53,852 bases of DNA, filler included, from Sluysia triapertura (GCA_046118255.1; 4 parts of 4 records of this genome joined end to end with filler, not necessarily neighbours in it), one strand, 5' to 3'. Numbered from the whole stretch's first letter, positions 1 through 15,112 are shown. Translations and numbers: made by a program. The notes: generated by a model not told the origin, from the letters alone.

Positions 1-81
1 TATTAAATATATAATCAATTTATGTAAAAATACTAAAATGAATTTCTTTAATGACTTGGCTGTGCTTGTTTTTTATCAGTT

Positions 82-145
82 GCGGAACCCCTGTCAACGT
101 TCCAGGGAACCCTAGGGTTTGCGGAACCCAGGTTGAAGACCCCTG
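82..145 (-). mobile_element. hAT (Charlie/Buster-type) terminal inverted repeat and subterminal repeats; other end not in window
   Basis: Minus strand begins CAGGGGTCTTCAACCTGGGTTCCGC with repeated GGGTTCC/GGAACCC motifs. The flanking 8-mer ATTTATAG (146-153) fits the nnnTAnnn Buster-type target site. It is a GC-rich island in AT-rich DNA. Confidence 0.7.
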
Positions 146-3100
146 ATTTATAGTATATAATTGTAAAATTTTCAAAATATCTAATCTAAAAGAAATAATT
201 TTAAATTACTTTTTTAACTTTGAATTTCCATAAACAAATCTTAAATTTCTGCTTCTTTTTTAACATTTGTATATTATGTAGATCAAAATCATATTAAAAC
301 AAAATTTAATAAACGAAAATAAATTAAATAATAAATTATTTATATTAAATTAATGTAATTATATGATATTTTTATTATGAATATTTATTTTATTATTAAA
401 AATAATTCATTTATTATCACAATTTATGTTAAAACATTTATATTAGTTTAAATTTTTATTTTCATATAAAAAGTAATTCTTACATTGATACAATATCGGC
501 CGTATTGGTCGTTTAGTTTCATTACTATCATTATTGATCTAAGTTATTAATTTTTCACTTTAATAACTTGTTTAAAGTAATACTTAACTTTCCAAATCTG
601 TTTTATTGAAATAAATTTATAATATTCAAACAAGAATAAATAAAATGTATAATTTTCGTTCAATAAATTAAAATACATACAATATAGACTCAGAAATTGT
701 ATATATCTAAAAAGTTAAAGCACTTATATTCATAAATTATGTATATTAATTACATTACATAATTATAAATTAATATAATTAATAATATAATTTTACAATT
801 TTTAATCTTTTATTAGATAGTATATATAATATTATATTTATAATAATTAAATTCTAATAAATATTATTATGACTATAATTTTTTTTGCCTTTGATCAAAG
901 CCAGTCTTTCTCGAACAAATTTTTCTGCTTCATTACTAACGTTTCCATTTTCTATTTTATTTATTTAAATACGCGATCTTTTCTCGTTTGTGTTTGTGAG
1001 GATTCATTCTCTATCATTTATAAACTCGCCTCAATTAATATTTTAATTTCGATGTAATTTAATTTGTCTAAAAATATGTTATTTGGATATGAGAAATTAT
1101 TTTTATTTAATTAGATAAAATCACTGTCGAATTTAAATTAAATGTAAACGAAAACTTTTCGAAATAATACAAATTTTAATGTTTATCATTATTCATATCA
1201 TTTAATAAAATATAAAAAACGAAACAGAAAAGTTTGAAGTTTCTTCACAAAATATGCTAAAAGATTACGTATTATTGATCTCGTCCTTGTGGTTGGTGTA
1301 TGGGTAGAAACTCTCCTTTTGACAATTTCCCATAGATTTTCTATGATATTCCTGTCTGGAGAGTAATATTTGATTATTAAAACATTAAGGATTTATTTGT
1401 TGCAAATACATTTTGCGAATATTTGTTTACTTTACTTAATAAATCAATAATTTCAAACAACCTGCAATGTATTTTGTATACATTGAATTAAATAATTATT
1501 AATCATGTTAAGGAATTTGTTTCAATTTTTCAATTATATAATTCTAAGTTGCATCATATTATTTCTACATTATATTTCTTTTAGATTCTTTTTTTCTTTA
1601 TTTTTTCAAACTAAAATAACTTTTGTAATATTAAACAATATTATGACATAAATTGTTTCTAAGTAACGTCATTATTTATTTTTAAACTTCTTATTGATTC
1701 TCTTTGAAATAGAATTTTTTTTACTGTATTTAGAAAAATCATTTACTAACAAAAATATTTCCTACAAACTTCGTAGTTCATCATATTCAATCTAATAAAT
1801 GTAGTAAATTATTAATACTTATAAAATATATAGTTATTATTGTTTAAGACATTTATATTTTTATCGATTTCATTTACGACACACATTGGAAAAACAATTA
1901 AATTATACTGCTGTTAAACTTCGTAATTGTTCCAAACAGGTTGACATAAATAATTAATGATATTACTATAATTTTTAACTTTCGTTTAATTATTGATATT
2001 TAAAAGTAGTACATTTATATTTTATAATTTATCGACGCATATTTTTCATAAAACAAATAATAATTATAATGATAATAATAATAATTATTATTATAAAATC
2101 AATACGCATAAATGGAAACCACAACAACGAGCAACAAACAAATATTTCAAGTTTGTCGACACGAAATATTAATTTAGTAGCTCATCCCATTGATCTTACT
2201 ACTTGTTTATGTTTTACTACTTGTGTAAACATCATATTCAAAACATAAAGGAATTAAAAATCGAAAAAAAGACAACAAATAAATCTTTTTAATTAATTTC
2301 GTTTGTTTATGAAAACTTATCATTAACTAGATTTGGAATAGATAAATAATCTTTTTTAAATAACAATGAATATTTAAACAAAATTAATAAAGTGAAAAAA
2401 TATACATTTACAATTTATTTATTTTATTAATTTAAACTTAAATATTATAATTATTATTTTATTTATTTATTTATTTTATTAATTTAAACTTATAATTATT
2501 ATTTTAGTATAAATTTTATGATATTCCAAATTCTTTAGAAAAATTATAATTTTAATAAGATTATAATTATGATTTATAATTATAAATTATAAATTATAAT
2601 TTATAAAATTATAATTTATGATTACACTTTATCGTTGTATTTTCTTAGTTTTTGCCTGAAAAATCGCATAAATTAATTTAATTATAATTAAAACTAAAAT
2701 ATAAATATATTCAAATAATATATAAAATTTGCCAAGATTATACCAAGAAAATAGTAATTGAAATTTTGTTATTACTTTGGATGAAATATTTTCTTGATTT
2801 TAGTGTCGTGACCACATTAACTTATATAAATATTTCATCCTAATAATTATTTCAATTAAGTAATAATATCATGAATATGATTTTAATAAATGTTTTATTT
2901 TAATGGTATGGCCAATTTCATTTATATATTAAATAATTTTCTTCTATAATATTGGTTTGGCAATTTCAATGTATTCATATTTTAGTTTAGTTTTTGTTTA
3001 TATTAGTTGTACTTGTATTTTTCATTTATATTGTCTGCAATAACTTTAAATTTATATTTCTTGAATTCTACTTTCATCTTTCTCAAAAATTACTAAAATA

Positions 3101-3156
3101 ATTTTGGAAATTATATTTTGTATTTTAAAACAAGAATAAATTAATAATACTAATAA

Positions 3157-3881
3157 TATATTAATTTATATTGCGCTCATATCTACTGCAAAATAAGTAC
3201 TCAAAAGTGCTTAAAATAAATCATTAATTATAATATTTATGAAACAGAAAGAACTTTGCCTTTTTCTTAAATATTTCATAATCTTACAGTAATTTGACAT
3301 TCTCTGGTAAGTGGTTGTATATTTTTGAGACATAAACAGTATACAACCTATCACCTAGCTTATTATCACTGTGGATTCTGTATATATTATTATTATGTCT
3401 CAATGGAATATTGATCTTGATTTCCAAATTTTTTAATCTTTCTAAGAGATTCAGGATTTTGAATTATGTTCTTGCTTTTATTGACAACTAATGCAATTCT
3501 TTAAGATAAGATGTTATATGAGATCTTTTTCCTACTTGGAGAATTAGTTTTGTTGCTTAATTAATTATTAATTGTAATTTTTTTCACTTTTCTATCTGAA
3601 ATTGAGTACAACAAACCATTGTTAAAATCCATGTTGTTAATTATCAATGAATGTACAATTAGTTTAGCTGTTTCTTTATTAATAAATTTTCGAATATTTG
3701 ATATTTTATTTAATTGATATTTAACAATACAATTAATATTTTCTTCAGTGCTCATTTCTAAATCCGTACAACAGACTACAATTAGGTTTATTTGATTTAT
3801 TTTGGTATTGTGGCTACATTTATTACTGAAGATTATAAATTCTGACTTTTCTTCACTGATTTTCAAGTATTTATTTCCAAA
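3157..3881 (-). mobile_element. 5'-truncated L2/CR1-group non-LTR retrotransposon relic (RT C-terminus and 3' end)
   Basis: Reads NKYLKISEEKSEFIIF...IRKFINKETAKLIVHSLIINNMDFNNGLLY...KLQLIIN...LKELH, matching the L2-group pattern LKLNxxKTE...LVHSLIxSRLDYCN...LQxIQN...LHWLP. It ends in GCGCAATATAAAT, an L2-like 3' end. Contains frameshifts and stops. Confidence 0.8.
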
Positions 3882-4498
3882 ATATTTCATAAATTATTAT
3901 TAACTATAATAATTAATTTTATTTTCAATGTTTAATAAATTTAAAATCGATTATGATTTTCTCGGAAAAAAACAATGATTTAAATATACAAATATCTATC
4001 CTAAACGAAGCTCACTATTATAAATCTATTATATATTCCAAGATGATAATATATTCTTATTATGTAAAAAATTTATAACATTTTGTAATATTTTAAATCT
4101 ATGTAGTTTTATTAATGTCTTTTAAAAAAGTAATTTGATAATTTGCTTACAGTTCTAAAATTAAATGAAATTAATTAACAATTTTATTTGGGCAAACGTT
4201 GTCATTAGTAACTTATAAAAAATAATTTTTTATTATTTTGATACTTTCAATTATATTTTACTTTTAAAATAAAATTTTTAAATTAAATTTTAAATAAATA
4301 CATTACTTAATTAATGTGAAATAATTAAATTTGTTACTATAATTATGTTTGATTTATTAACAATTATTATAACTTAAATAATAAAAATGTTTTTATTGTA
4401 CTTTGGTTTTTTAAAATAATACCTTAATTAATCCCGAAAGCTAGTTCTTCGCTCAGTTTTTTTTGGCTAAATTTGTTTTTAATTTCAACATTAGGAAG

Positions 4499-4855
4499 TT
4501 TTGGAAATAAATACTTGAAAATCAATGAAGAAAAGTCAGAATTTATAATCTTCAGTAATAAATGTAGCTACAATACCAAAATAAATCGAATAAAGCTAAT
4601 TGTAGTCTGTTATACTGATTCAAAAATAAACACTGAAGAAAATATTAATTGTATTGTTACATATAAATTAAATGAAATATCAAATATTCTAAAATTCATT
4701 AATAAAACTAACAATGGTATATTGAACTCAATTTCATATAGAAAAGTGAAAAAATTACAATTAATAATTAATTAAACAGCAAGACTAATTTTCTAAGTGG
4801 GAAAAAGATCTCAAGTAACATCTTATCTTAAAGAATTACATTGGTTGCCAATTGG
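4499..4855 (+). mobile_element. Second L2-like relic, inverted relative to 3157-3881
   Basis: Close reverse-complement match to about 3490-3881 with an internal deletion (KETAKLIVHSLIINNMDF missing). It continues to ...LKELHWLPI. Confidence 0.8.
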
Positions 4856-6493
4856 TTAAATATCTCTTAATGTTACTGAAGATTTTGTCCATGAGCTTAA
4901 ATTATAAAGACTTTCGGATATTATTTGGATTTGAAGATTTCATTCGATTCATTTTTGGGTACTTTTAATCATCTCAAAGATGATAACATTATATTTATGC
5001 ATACCAATGTACTTTTAATTTATAGAGACCACTACATCTTCAGGAATATGGAAAATTTTGAATAATTTTGATATAATTTTCAAATACATTCGAAAATAAA
5101 GCTAATCATTGAAATATATGCTTTAAGAAAACATTATTCTAACAAAACTAATTTTAATTTTTATATTTCAATAGACTTGCATTTTTAATAGCCTTTACTA
5201 TATATTTAAATAAAAAGTTTTGAGATTTTATTATTAATTGTGAATTTAAAACAACAAAAACAAATTTTTTTTGCATGCTTTGTGAATTTATTATACGTCT
5301 AACTGTTTTTCTTTTACTAATCTCTGTAAATAGTTTTTTTGGTAATTCTTCAATTATTAAATAAAACATTGAGTTTGTGAAAATTGGTAAAAGTGGTAAG
5401 AAAAGAAATGAAATCGAAACAAAAAAATAATAAAATTATAATAGAAAGTAATAACAAAATAGTAATAATTATAATTAATTTAATTTGGATTTTTTGTAAC
5501 TATTTCTATAGTTTATTAATTTGGTAAAAATAAATTTAATATCTGAAGGTTTAAATTTGATTGAATAATGGTGTAATTATTTAAAGAAGTTTGTAAATCA
5601 TCAAGTGGAATTAATTACACATACTTTATAGTTATAGCGCCACTCTAAATTAATATAAATCTATGTATCTTTATGTAGATTTGTTGGAAACTAGAGATAT
5701 CTAGTGTCAAATCCAAAGTATTTATTTGATCCAATATTTTTAGTACCAAGCTTGTTACTAAATAAAAATAAATGAAGTAGAAAGTATTGTTTATTATTGT
5801 TTTACTTTGAAATCCAAAAACATTTCAGTAATTTATTCACCAAATAAGTCATTTTTTACATTCATTATATTTTGATTTGTGCAACAAATAATTCAAAACA
5901 TGATTCATTGATTTAGGAAGTATTAAAGATATTTTCAGAAACTGGAATTTGGAAAAGCCAAATTGCAATTATAAAACTATATTTTATACCATAAGAAGGA
6001 ACAATAAAACTAAAGAAATCAAGAATAAGTAATATAATTAATTAATTAATTTCAAAGTGATCTTTAGGGTTCTCAAATTAATGAAGAAAAATTTGATATC
6101 TGAAAGTTTGTCTTTTCATTTTGAATTTCAGTCTTGACAAGAAAAACTACGTGAAAATGCCGATGATATATGGATAATGATGTTAGAATACTGCATGCAT
6201 TGTGGTATCGAACATGTGCATGCCAAGAAATAGAAATCAATAGTCAGATATTTAATTTTACTTAAAAGCAGGAAAGAATAGATTTAACAAATTTGTATAA
6301 AGTATTACATTGATTTTTGGAAATTTACATCGGGAAGGAAGTAGAATGAAATAATATGATACTCTGACACAAACCTGTAAAAATCTAGAATCGACTGAAT
6401 TCGACAAAATGATTTAGAATTGATAAAATATACCTAATGAAATAAATTAAGATAGCAATATGAAGATCCATATAAATGTTTGACTTCATAAAA

Positions 6494-6643
6494 TGGACTG
6501 ATCGGGAATCGAACCCGGGCCCTCTCGCTGCGCAGTTAGCTGCTCTATCCACTGAGCTATCATCTCCGTCTAATAATTTTATTTTATTATAGTCAATATT
6601 ACTATCACAATTCTACATGGCACTTTAGGCCTTTACCCCAACA
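6494..6643 (-). repeat. tRNA-derived interspersed repeat (SINE-like), copy 1
   Basis: Minus strand reads GATGATAGCTCAGTGGATAGAGCAGCTAACTGCGCAGCGAGAGGGCCCGGGTTCGATTCCCGATCAGTCCA, with A box TAGCTCAGTGG and B box GGTTCGATTCC. The anticodon stem is broken. A second copy lies at 41792-41921. Confidence 0.8.
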
Positions 6644-9600
6644 TAAAATTATAGATTTTATATCAAAACATCAATATGTAGGAAAATATACCGAAAGACA
6701 GAGTTATTGAAATATATAATATATAACAAAGTTATGAATTAACACATTTTAATTTGAAATTATTTTCTAAGTTTAACCATTTTTTCGTACAATAATTGTT
6801 AAATTTATTTTGCAGTATAATTTTCATTCAACTCATCTTAGATCTAAATATACGTATTAAAATATTAAAATGTGGTAAAAATAGTGTTAAATAATTATTA
6901 CAATTATTTCATATTTTGTTTGTATTGTTTTATAATTTTAATAAAAAAATGATCATTTTCGAATAATGATTAATTATTAAAAGTAAATAATTAATTAATT
7001 AATTAATAATTAAATAATTAATAAATAATTAAATAAATAAATAATTAATTAATTAAAAGTAAATAATAATATACATTTGGAATGACAGCAAAAAAATAAA
7101 CAAAAATAATTTATTATTGTTTTAATCAACTAAAAAATATATTTCATTTTATTTGTTTTATGTTTATTTAAAACCCAACAGAAATTTTATTAAACATATG
7201 ACACTAAATTTTTTTAGTAAAGTAGCACATTTCATTGGATATTTGTCTTAGAAAAATTTGACAAAATGTAAGTGATCAAAGAGTTTCTATATAAAACTAC
7301 GATTATCAATAAATCATTAATTTTATAATTTGAATATTTATATATAGAGAGACTTCAATCAGTCATACCTTGAAAATGATTGATTGATATTATAGGCAAG
7401 AGTTATGAATCTGAAACAGTGGATGAATAGAACCACTTTAATCATATTTATTTAAAATAAAATTCATAGAGTTTTTATTTTGAGTGATAATAATAAGAAA
7501 TTTTATTCAATTTTTTAGTTAATAAATTTCGATTCAAAATTTAATTTAAATTCAGAAATTTCAGCTGATAAAGTTAAATTTAAATTAATATTTAAGTAAT
7601 ATTTTAATTCTATTCAAATAGAATTAGGTAAACTATGATTTAAAGATATAATTCCAACTAAATAATGTTAGTATGGTTATTATTTAAGCATTAAAAAAGT
7701 AATATTTTGATTATTTTTAAATGCAAATTTATAGATATGAAATAATTATGAAACAAAACTTCTTTTTTGTCAAAAATCTATTGTTAAAATTTTTTTATAA
7801 TTACAAATCATTGTTACAACCTTTCAACTAAGTCTGTCGTCAAAAGATTAATAAAATCTTTTTCAAATTATTACTTCTAAACCTGCTCATCTTTATTTAC
7901 TTAAAATTTACATAGTGCTAATATTTACAATGAAATAAACTCCAAAGTGTTTAGAATGTATCATTCGTTATAATATTTTATATCCAGCATCAAATTGTAG
8001 ATTGTTAAAATATAACATAAATAAATAATTAAATAATTATAAAATAATTATTAAATAATTAAATAACATAAATTAAATTAATATTAAAATTATATTCCTT
8101 TTAATTTCAGCATTGCTTATTATCTTTAGGCATTATTGACGATGACCTTAACGTAAGAATTTAAAGATTAAAATTGTGGTTTTTGAATTCTATGCTTTTG
8201 TAAATCTTTAGGATAAGCTGTTACATGAGGTCTCATTACTTCAAAAATTATTATAGATGATTGATTTTTTTTTTCAATTTTTGCATTCCTCTTTAAGAAA
8301 TTGATTATAACCTACCATTATTATTAATTATTATTGAATTAAATTAATATAATTAATAATTGTTTAATATTTGATATTCTCTACGATTTTTATTTATACA
8401 TTTTTGACAATATATTTAATAATTTTCTTCATGTTTGAATAATACACCATCTAACCGGATAGAATTAATTTTAATTCATTTATTTAGCACTGTGACTGTT
8501 CTTTGTCACTGAAAATTATAAATTCTGACATTTTATCACCTCATATATTAGCTTTTCTGTTATTTAAATAATGTTAAGACGCGACACGTCCCATTTGTTT
8601 AAGAAGATATTTTAATTTAATAATAATGATAATAATAATAAATGTTAATAATAATAATAATTAGAAAATTTAAGGCATATCACCCACAGTATCAAATTAT
8701 TATTTAATGCGTAATGCGTAAATAAATTAGTGTAATTAATGTAGAGCGTAACGCCCATTTAAAAATAGACTGTAAAAGCGGTATACAATGATGTGTTCAT
8801 AGAAAACAAAGGAGGACTAGTTAACAAATTAAACATAAATTTTGTAAAGCAATAAATAAAAATCAGTAATTAATTATCATTTGAAAAAAACCAGCAATTG
8901 ATGCATGTTTAAGTCAGCGTCTGATCCTATGATTATTTGGCTATCTATATTAATGCAGTATAACGAGACAATCGTTATTGCTCCGGCTTTAAATTTTCTT
9001 GCAACCTACAGACTAATTTACATGATCCAGTAATTTGAAAGAAATTACCTGTCCAATTTATTGCATGTTTTTCCTTAAGATATCCTTTTGTTTCAAATCA
9101 AGGCACTTTATTATGACTTTGTTTTTAGATTTCAACTTAATTCACAGTTTATTTTTATCATAATTTAAATTAGTTATTGAAATACATTTCTAAATAAAGG
9201 TCCGAAGTTTTTTTAACGTTTAAATATATTAATTCTCTTTTTTCGTTATTTTGTTGCATTTAGTTGCAAGTATTTGTTAATGCTCAAATTAGTAATAAAG
9301 AGACAATCAATCAAACAAATCCATGAGTTATCAGGAGATCTAAACAAATTCTTTAGCAACATTTTTCAAGATGGATAAAGCATATTAAAATTGTTTAGTC
9401 TTCTCAAATGCTAACTAACTATACCGCAACATATAATGTAATAAATATTATTTGTAAGTATTTTATTAAGACACTAACTGTAAGCGAACCCGTCCATCAC
9501 TTTCATTTTGAAAAGTAATTACGATGGAAAATATTTGAAATAGTATTTTCTCTATAGTTTATACATGTTATATATTTTACATTTCATATGTTATATATGT

Positions 9601-9699
9601 AACAAGAAGTGCAATTAAATTAAAACAAAATATAAATTAAATAAAAAATTATAAACAAAAATATAAGAGAATTCTTAAGAAAATGTACGATATTAGGAA

Positions 9700-10400
9700 A
9701 TATTTTCGTAGAAAAATTCTTAATAATAAATCAGGGCAAATTATATATGGAAAATATTTTAATAGGACCTCAATAAGCCGTAAACAATGTTTCTTTAAAC
9801 AGAATTTAATTGGCAAAGAAAGAAGCCACAGATTGGAAAGTAGGAACACAAAAATATGTATTGTTAATAAAATAGAAATAAAAATGAAAACTAAAGTAAA
9901 GTAAGACAGATGTTTTATGGTAGTAACTATTAAAAAACAAAATTAACTCACAAAAATTCATAGATTATGATTATATCCATACATTTAATTATGGAATAAT
10001 AGAATTTACTTTAGAAAAGGTATAGAATGAAGTAAGAAAATTAATATATAAACTTTACATAAAGTGATGTTTTGAAATGGAAAATATAATCATTATTTTA
10101 CAAATAATTTTGGAAGATATAAGAATCTATTAATTTGAAAAACATTTTCTAAAGTTCCCAATTTTGTTTATAACCATCAGATTGCAGAGTAATAATAAAA
10201 TCTTGATAATTACATACTCAATAAGGGTAAATTCGATATTTAAGCTAAAATTAAAGATATTTATTAAATTGATAAAATTAACGTGAAATATTAGGATACA
10301 ATTTTGTTTGATAAAAAATAATTCCAAAGAATAATACTTCAAAAATAAACAATTTTTAAATATCATTAGTTAGCCAACACCTACAAATCATTAAAAACCA
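9700..10400 (+). mobile_element. Possible highly decayed R4/Dong-type non-LTR element C-terminus
   Basis: Fragments GQIIYGKYF, NEVRKLIYKL and NLDNYILNKGKFDI occur in the order expected for the region leading into a restriction-like endonuclease. Many stops; weak. Confidence 0.3.
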
Positions 10401-13400
10401 AAATTTTCCATTTCTGTTTTTAATAATCATAATAAAAGTTAAAATAATACTTTTATTATTTTTTTTAATTTTTAATTTTTTATTAATTTTAATTTTTTTA
10501 AATTTTGCAATCATATAAATTCTTGCTTATTTTTAATTTTAATAATATTGTTATTAATTTTACTTTTATATTACAGTTATTATTATTATTATTAAATTAT
10601 TAAATTATTCTTAATATTTAATTAAAAAATTTACAATGATAATTTAAATTTTAATTAATAGGCATATATCTTGTCAGTAATGTAATAGATGTAACTATAT
10701 ATAGTAGTAAAATTGAAGGTTATGAAGCTGCATATAAGAATTGCTGAATATTAAACCCCTATAATGATATATGATGCAATTACTGTTCTTTACATTATAG
10801 AAGTAATTTACATTGATATTACATTTAGCGATTTATTTTTTTATTTTTCTATTTCCGAATCTCACATATTTTAAATTTTATAAATTCTGAAGTTTTTAAA
10901 TTTGAAATTAAATTAGTTTTTATTTTAAAATCCTTAGGTAATTTTAATTTCATAATAAACTTTGGAATTGCAAGATTAACTAAGTTTAGTGACAGTTAGG
11001 TATTTACGAAAAAGTTTGAATGAAGCGATTAAATTAGTTAACATAAATACTCATATACTAAGCATATAACATTTGCTACTTTACCCTAAACCTTGATATT
11101 CATGTGTATTTTAAATTTCAAGTTAAAAATAATATTGACATTAATTTTCTGAAGTCCTCTGAAATTTAAATGACGCCATATTCAAAATATCGAAATAAGT
11201 GACCTGAAAACCTTCAGGAAACTATTTTTCACTTGTTATTATTATATCTTTGAAGATTTAAGTACGGATAAAATTTTTGATTTAAAATCTTTTAAGTATT
11301 ATCTTAAATTAATCTAAAGTAGATTAAAACTTTTACAAATATTATTTAGACAACCAATTAAAATCTTATTAACGCTCTCAATTCATTGTAATATTGAATT
11401 TGAATACCATAATACTGTTAATGGATAAATTAACACTAAAATTGTACCACACACTCAAATAGAACCAACATTCAAATGCATGTGAAATCGCTAACCAATT
11501 AATAATGTATTTGTTTCAAAGTAAAAAATCCTATGAGATGTGAACTTCGAATAGCAACGCTCAAAAATAAATTTTTATCAATCTATTTCCTTGATTCGTT
11601 TTGATTTTTCACACAAAAATATCATTTTTGTTATTTTCCGATAAATAATTACTTGTAGTTCTCTATTTGTAAAAAATTCTATAATTTATTATGTTGTATT
11701 ACATTTTTCCTTTTAATAAATAATTATATTTCTGCAAATTGTAATTAGACAATAAAAATATTCAATAAAAATTCTTATAAAAATAAATATTTTGCACTTA
11801 CACTTTTATAACAACAGAAACGAGTTAAAAGAGATCACATCAAAAATATAAAAAGTTGATCTTAATACGATTCGAGTATCAAATATTTGCAAACATCAAC
11901 TATTCGATTTAATTAATATAACTATTTTGAAAAGTAATTTTGATAGTAAATGCTCATAGTTTATATTGAACTAAAAAAGTGAAAAATTTTGAGAATTTTA
12001 TAAATTTATCATTGTAATTTCCACATGATACAAACCATTTTATTGTATTAAATAAACAACATTCTTTGGAGATAATAAAATAATATATCATGATCTACAA
12101 TATGAAAATTAGCAGACATATTTAACGATACCATCAAAACACATTCATTATGACTAATACTATTTAAAAAACAAATTTATTCGTAACACATTGAAGACGA
12201 TATGTGATGATAAACACATAGATTGAATTTCAGTATATTTTGTTGAAATTATATAAATTAAAAGTGATAATTTCGAAAACTCAGTGCAACATTATAAAAA
12301 TTCATACAAATTCACATCAAGTGAATTAACATTACTCGTCCTCATTGTGTTAAAATAGATGATTTCCTCTTTAGAACAAGTCTATGCATTGTTAACACCC
12401 AAAAATTTAAGATTGATAATAATTTTCAAAAAAATCAGATTAAATTTTCCAAACATAACTTATTTTTGTTAAGTTTGCTTATATTTACTTTTTGTATATT
12501 TTTTTCCTTTAATTGTCTTAAAATTTTTTTGGAATGTATTTTTGTATTTTTGCAGCTTTTAACGAAGAAAAGTTGCATTTTATCCAATTTTTAAGATGTT
12601 TATTTTTCTAGATCATAGGATAAAATTCGATTACATAATCTATTTACTTTATCTATAAGCTGTTTAATGTCAGTAAAGTTGTTAACATTCAAAGTTTTAA
12701 TAATTCGCTAAGACAAAATATTAAAATATTAAAAATAGAATGAAAATGTAATTAAATATTTTATTACCAAATTTAATAATAGCATTCAAATTCTGTCATC
12801 TATTATTTTATTACCGGTGCTTAGAACGTTTCAACTATTCTTTGAAAATTTACGATAATTTAGCAATATTAATTCATTAATTTTTAATATTTTTGTATAA
12901 AAATATCACAAAATTTTTTTTAATCGAAAGTTGTCAATTGAGCGATTTAAATGATTTGCAAAAATTTACATAATGCTCATTTTCAGTATAACTTAAAATT
13001 AATGTTTTTAAATTCATTTAAAATACAAGCAAAAATATTTGTTTTTTTTTCAGATAAGTGAATATAAATGAGTCTGGTGACAAAAGTATAAGTCTTCAAA
13101 TGTTTTAATAAATAAACAATTTTTTTGCCAAATGACCATATTCAATTAAATTCACATAAATATATTTTAAGTATGAAATTTAATTTTATAAAATAAAAGA
13201 ATTAATATGAAATAAATTAAATTAATTAATTTAGTACATCGAATTAATGAGTTAAATAAATAAAATAATAAATAAAATCATACTTATTTTTAATATTATT
13301 ATTAAAATTATTAATAATTCAATATGAAGATCTAAAACTTTCGTATTATCTTATCTAATCCAAGTTCTATTAAAAGTAAATTAGTTGCAAAGAATTTATA

Positions 13401-14370
13401 AGTCTCTTTAATTCAAAGAATAAACTTTGATGATTTATACAATGATTTTCAAATAATGTGTTTCTCATTTAATTTCTTCTGAAAGCATAAATTTAATAAA
13501 TAAATTTATTTGCACATAAATTACATAAATTAATTAAAATATTTATTATTTCTTTTGTACACAATTTAGGATCACTAAAATATGTTATTTGATTTGAAAA
13601 AATTATTGTATTTGTTAATATCCAGTAAATAATTTCAATAATAATAATACTGTGATTACTAAAAACATCAATAATACAATCTATACATAAATCAATCATT
13701 TATTTTTCCCCTTTTTTATGTGTTACGTTTTTGCTTGTCAGTGATATCAAAAACATTTTTTAAATTAAATCTTTCTTTCAGTTATTTTTTTATAATAAAC
13801 GATTTTTATTTAATTTAAAAGTAATTTGACAAATTTTGCAAAAATAATAATATAAAAAACGCATTAAATAATTTATACAAAGTAATTAATTATTTAATTA
13901 ATAACATAAATTAATTAATTAAAATATATGTTTTAATATTGGACAAAAAAAATTTTTTCTTTTTATTGTGTAAAATAAAATCGGTGTGATTTACAAAAGA
14001 AGTTCAAACAAAACAAAATAGTAATAATAAATTTATTCAAATAGATTCAAACAACTTAATAATAATAATTATTATTATTAATACTAGAGATGAAATAAAA
14101 GTTGTTTTGTACTTAAAACCTATGTTAGAAGTTGTTTTAATTTTACTTTAATGACATACTTTTATTTAAAATAAAATATAAATATAATAGTTTTTACAAT
14201 CGCTCAAAAGCCTACAACAAATTTACATTTAATATATCATCTTTGTAGATTTACGAATTGATAAATACTGGATAAAATGAAGAAATGATTATACTACTCA
14301 AAATATTATACATAAATTTCTAAATAAAAATTCGCAAACAACAATCCCAACTTTAAACCTTATTCATTAA

Positions 14371-14563
14371 CCTTTCAATATTGCTGGAATATATAAGTGC
14401 CAGAGAATATATTTATCCTAGGCATATATTTATCCCATAATTAAACTACTGCAGGAACATTTGTGTCCCAAGGCATTTTTTCAAAACTATATTTTCTAAA
14501 AATTTGAAATTATGTAAACATGTTCCTTTAATTATTTACTGGCCAAAAGTCGTATTTAAAGGG
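14371..14563. mobile_element. piggyBac-type MITE (193 bp)
   Basis: Structure is TTAA|CCTTTCAATA...TATTTAAAGGG|TTAA: TTAA target duplications at 14367-14370 and 14564-14567, imperfect CCCTTT-type TIRs, and internal ATATATTTATCC repeats. Confidence 0.7.
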
Positions 14564-15112
14564 TTAACATATAAAATCTTTTATTATATAATATTATTAA
14601 ATCAATAAAACAAAATGATAATAAAATTTCTTTAAAAATATTACGAAATATTAAAAAATTACGAAATATTACTTTTGGATTGTATTAAGATGTTGATTGG
14701 TACTTCAGAATCTAATTCTGTTTATGCTAAATCTCGGAATTATTTAATTTATTAATTACATATCAAAAAGGTTATTTCAAGACAAAACGTATAACTCAAA
14801 AATGGATTGATTTATTAACAGTATAATGTTAAATATTAACAAAATAATTTCTAACATTATAAATAACAGAATAATTTTATGGACAGCTTAGAATACGTTT
14901 TTATAAAAAGGTTTTAATTTGTTCAAAATATATTTTGAATAAGCCAATTATTTATGTTTTTAATATTTTAAATAAAATAAAGAAAATATCGGTCATTAAT
15001 TAAAATCAATAACTTCATTTAATGTGACATATTAAATATAAACTTTCATTAAATCTGAAATTAATAGTAATAATAACAATAATAATCATAATCATAATAT
15101 TCGTTTCATATT

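Noticed and set aside
495-518. IGRIGRLV, resembling the GAPDH N-terminal GFGRIGRLV
   Set aside because: Only 7 matching codons, with no flanking GAPDH sequence or splice sites. It could be a tiny relic but cannot be supported.
6494-6567. Functional tRNA-Arg(GCG) gene
   Set aside because: The anticodon stem does not pair and the acceptor is mismatched in this copy; treated as a repeat.
869-13699. Numerous 60-80 aa I/L/F/K/N-rich ORFs in the track
   Set aside because: Composition is as expected by chance in very AT-rich DNA, with no motifs. Only the LINE-derived ones were kept.
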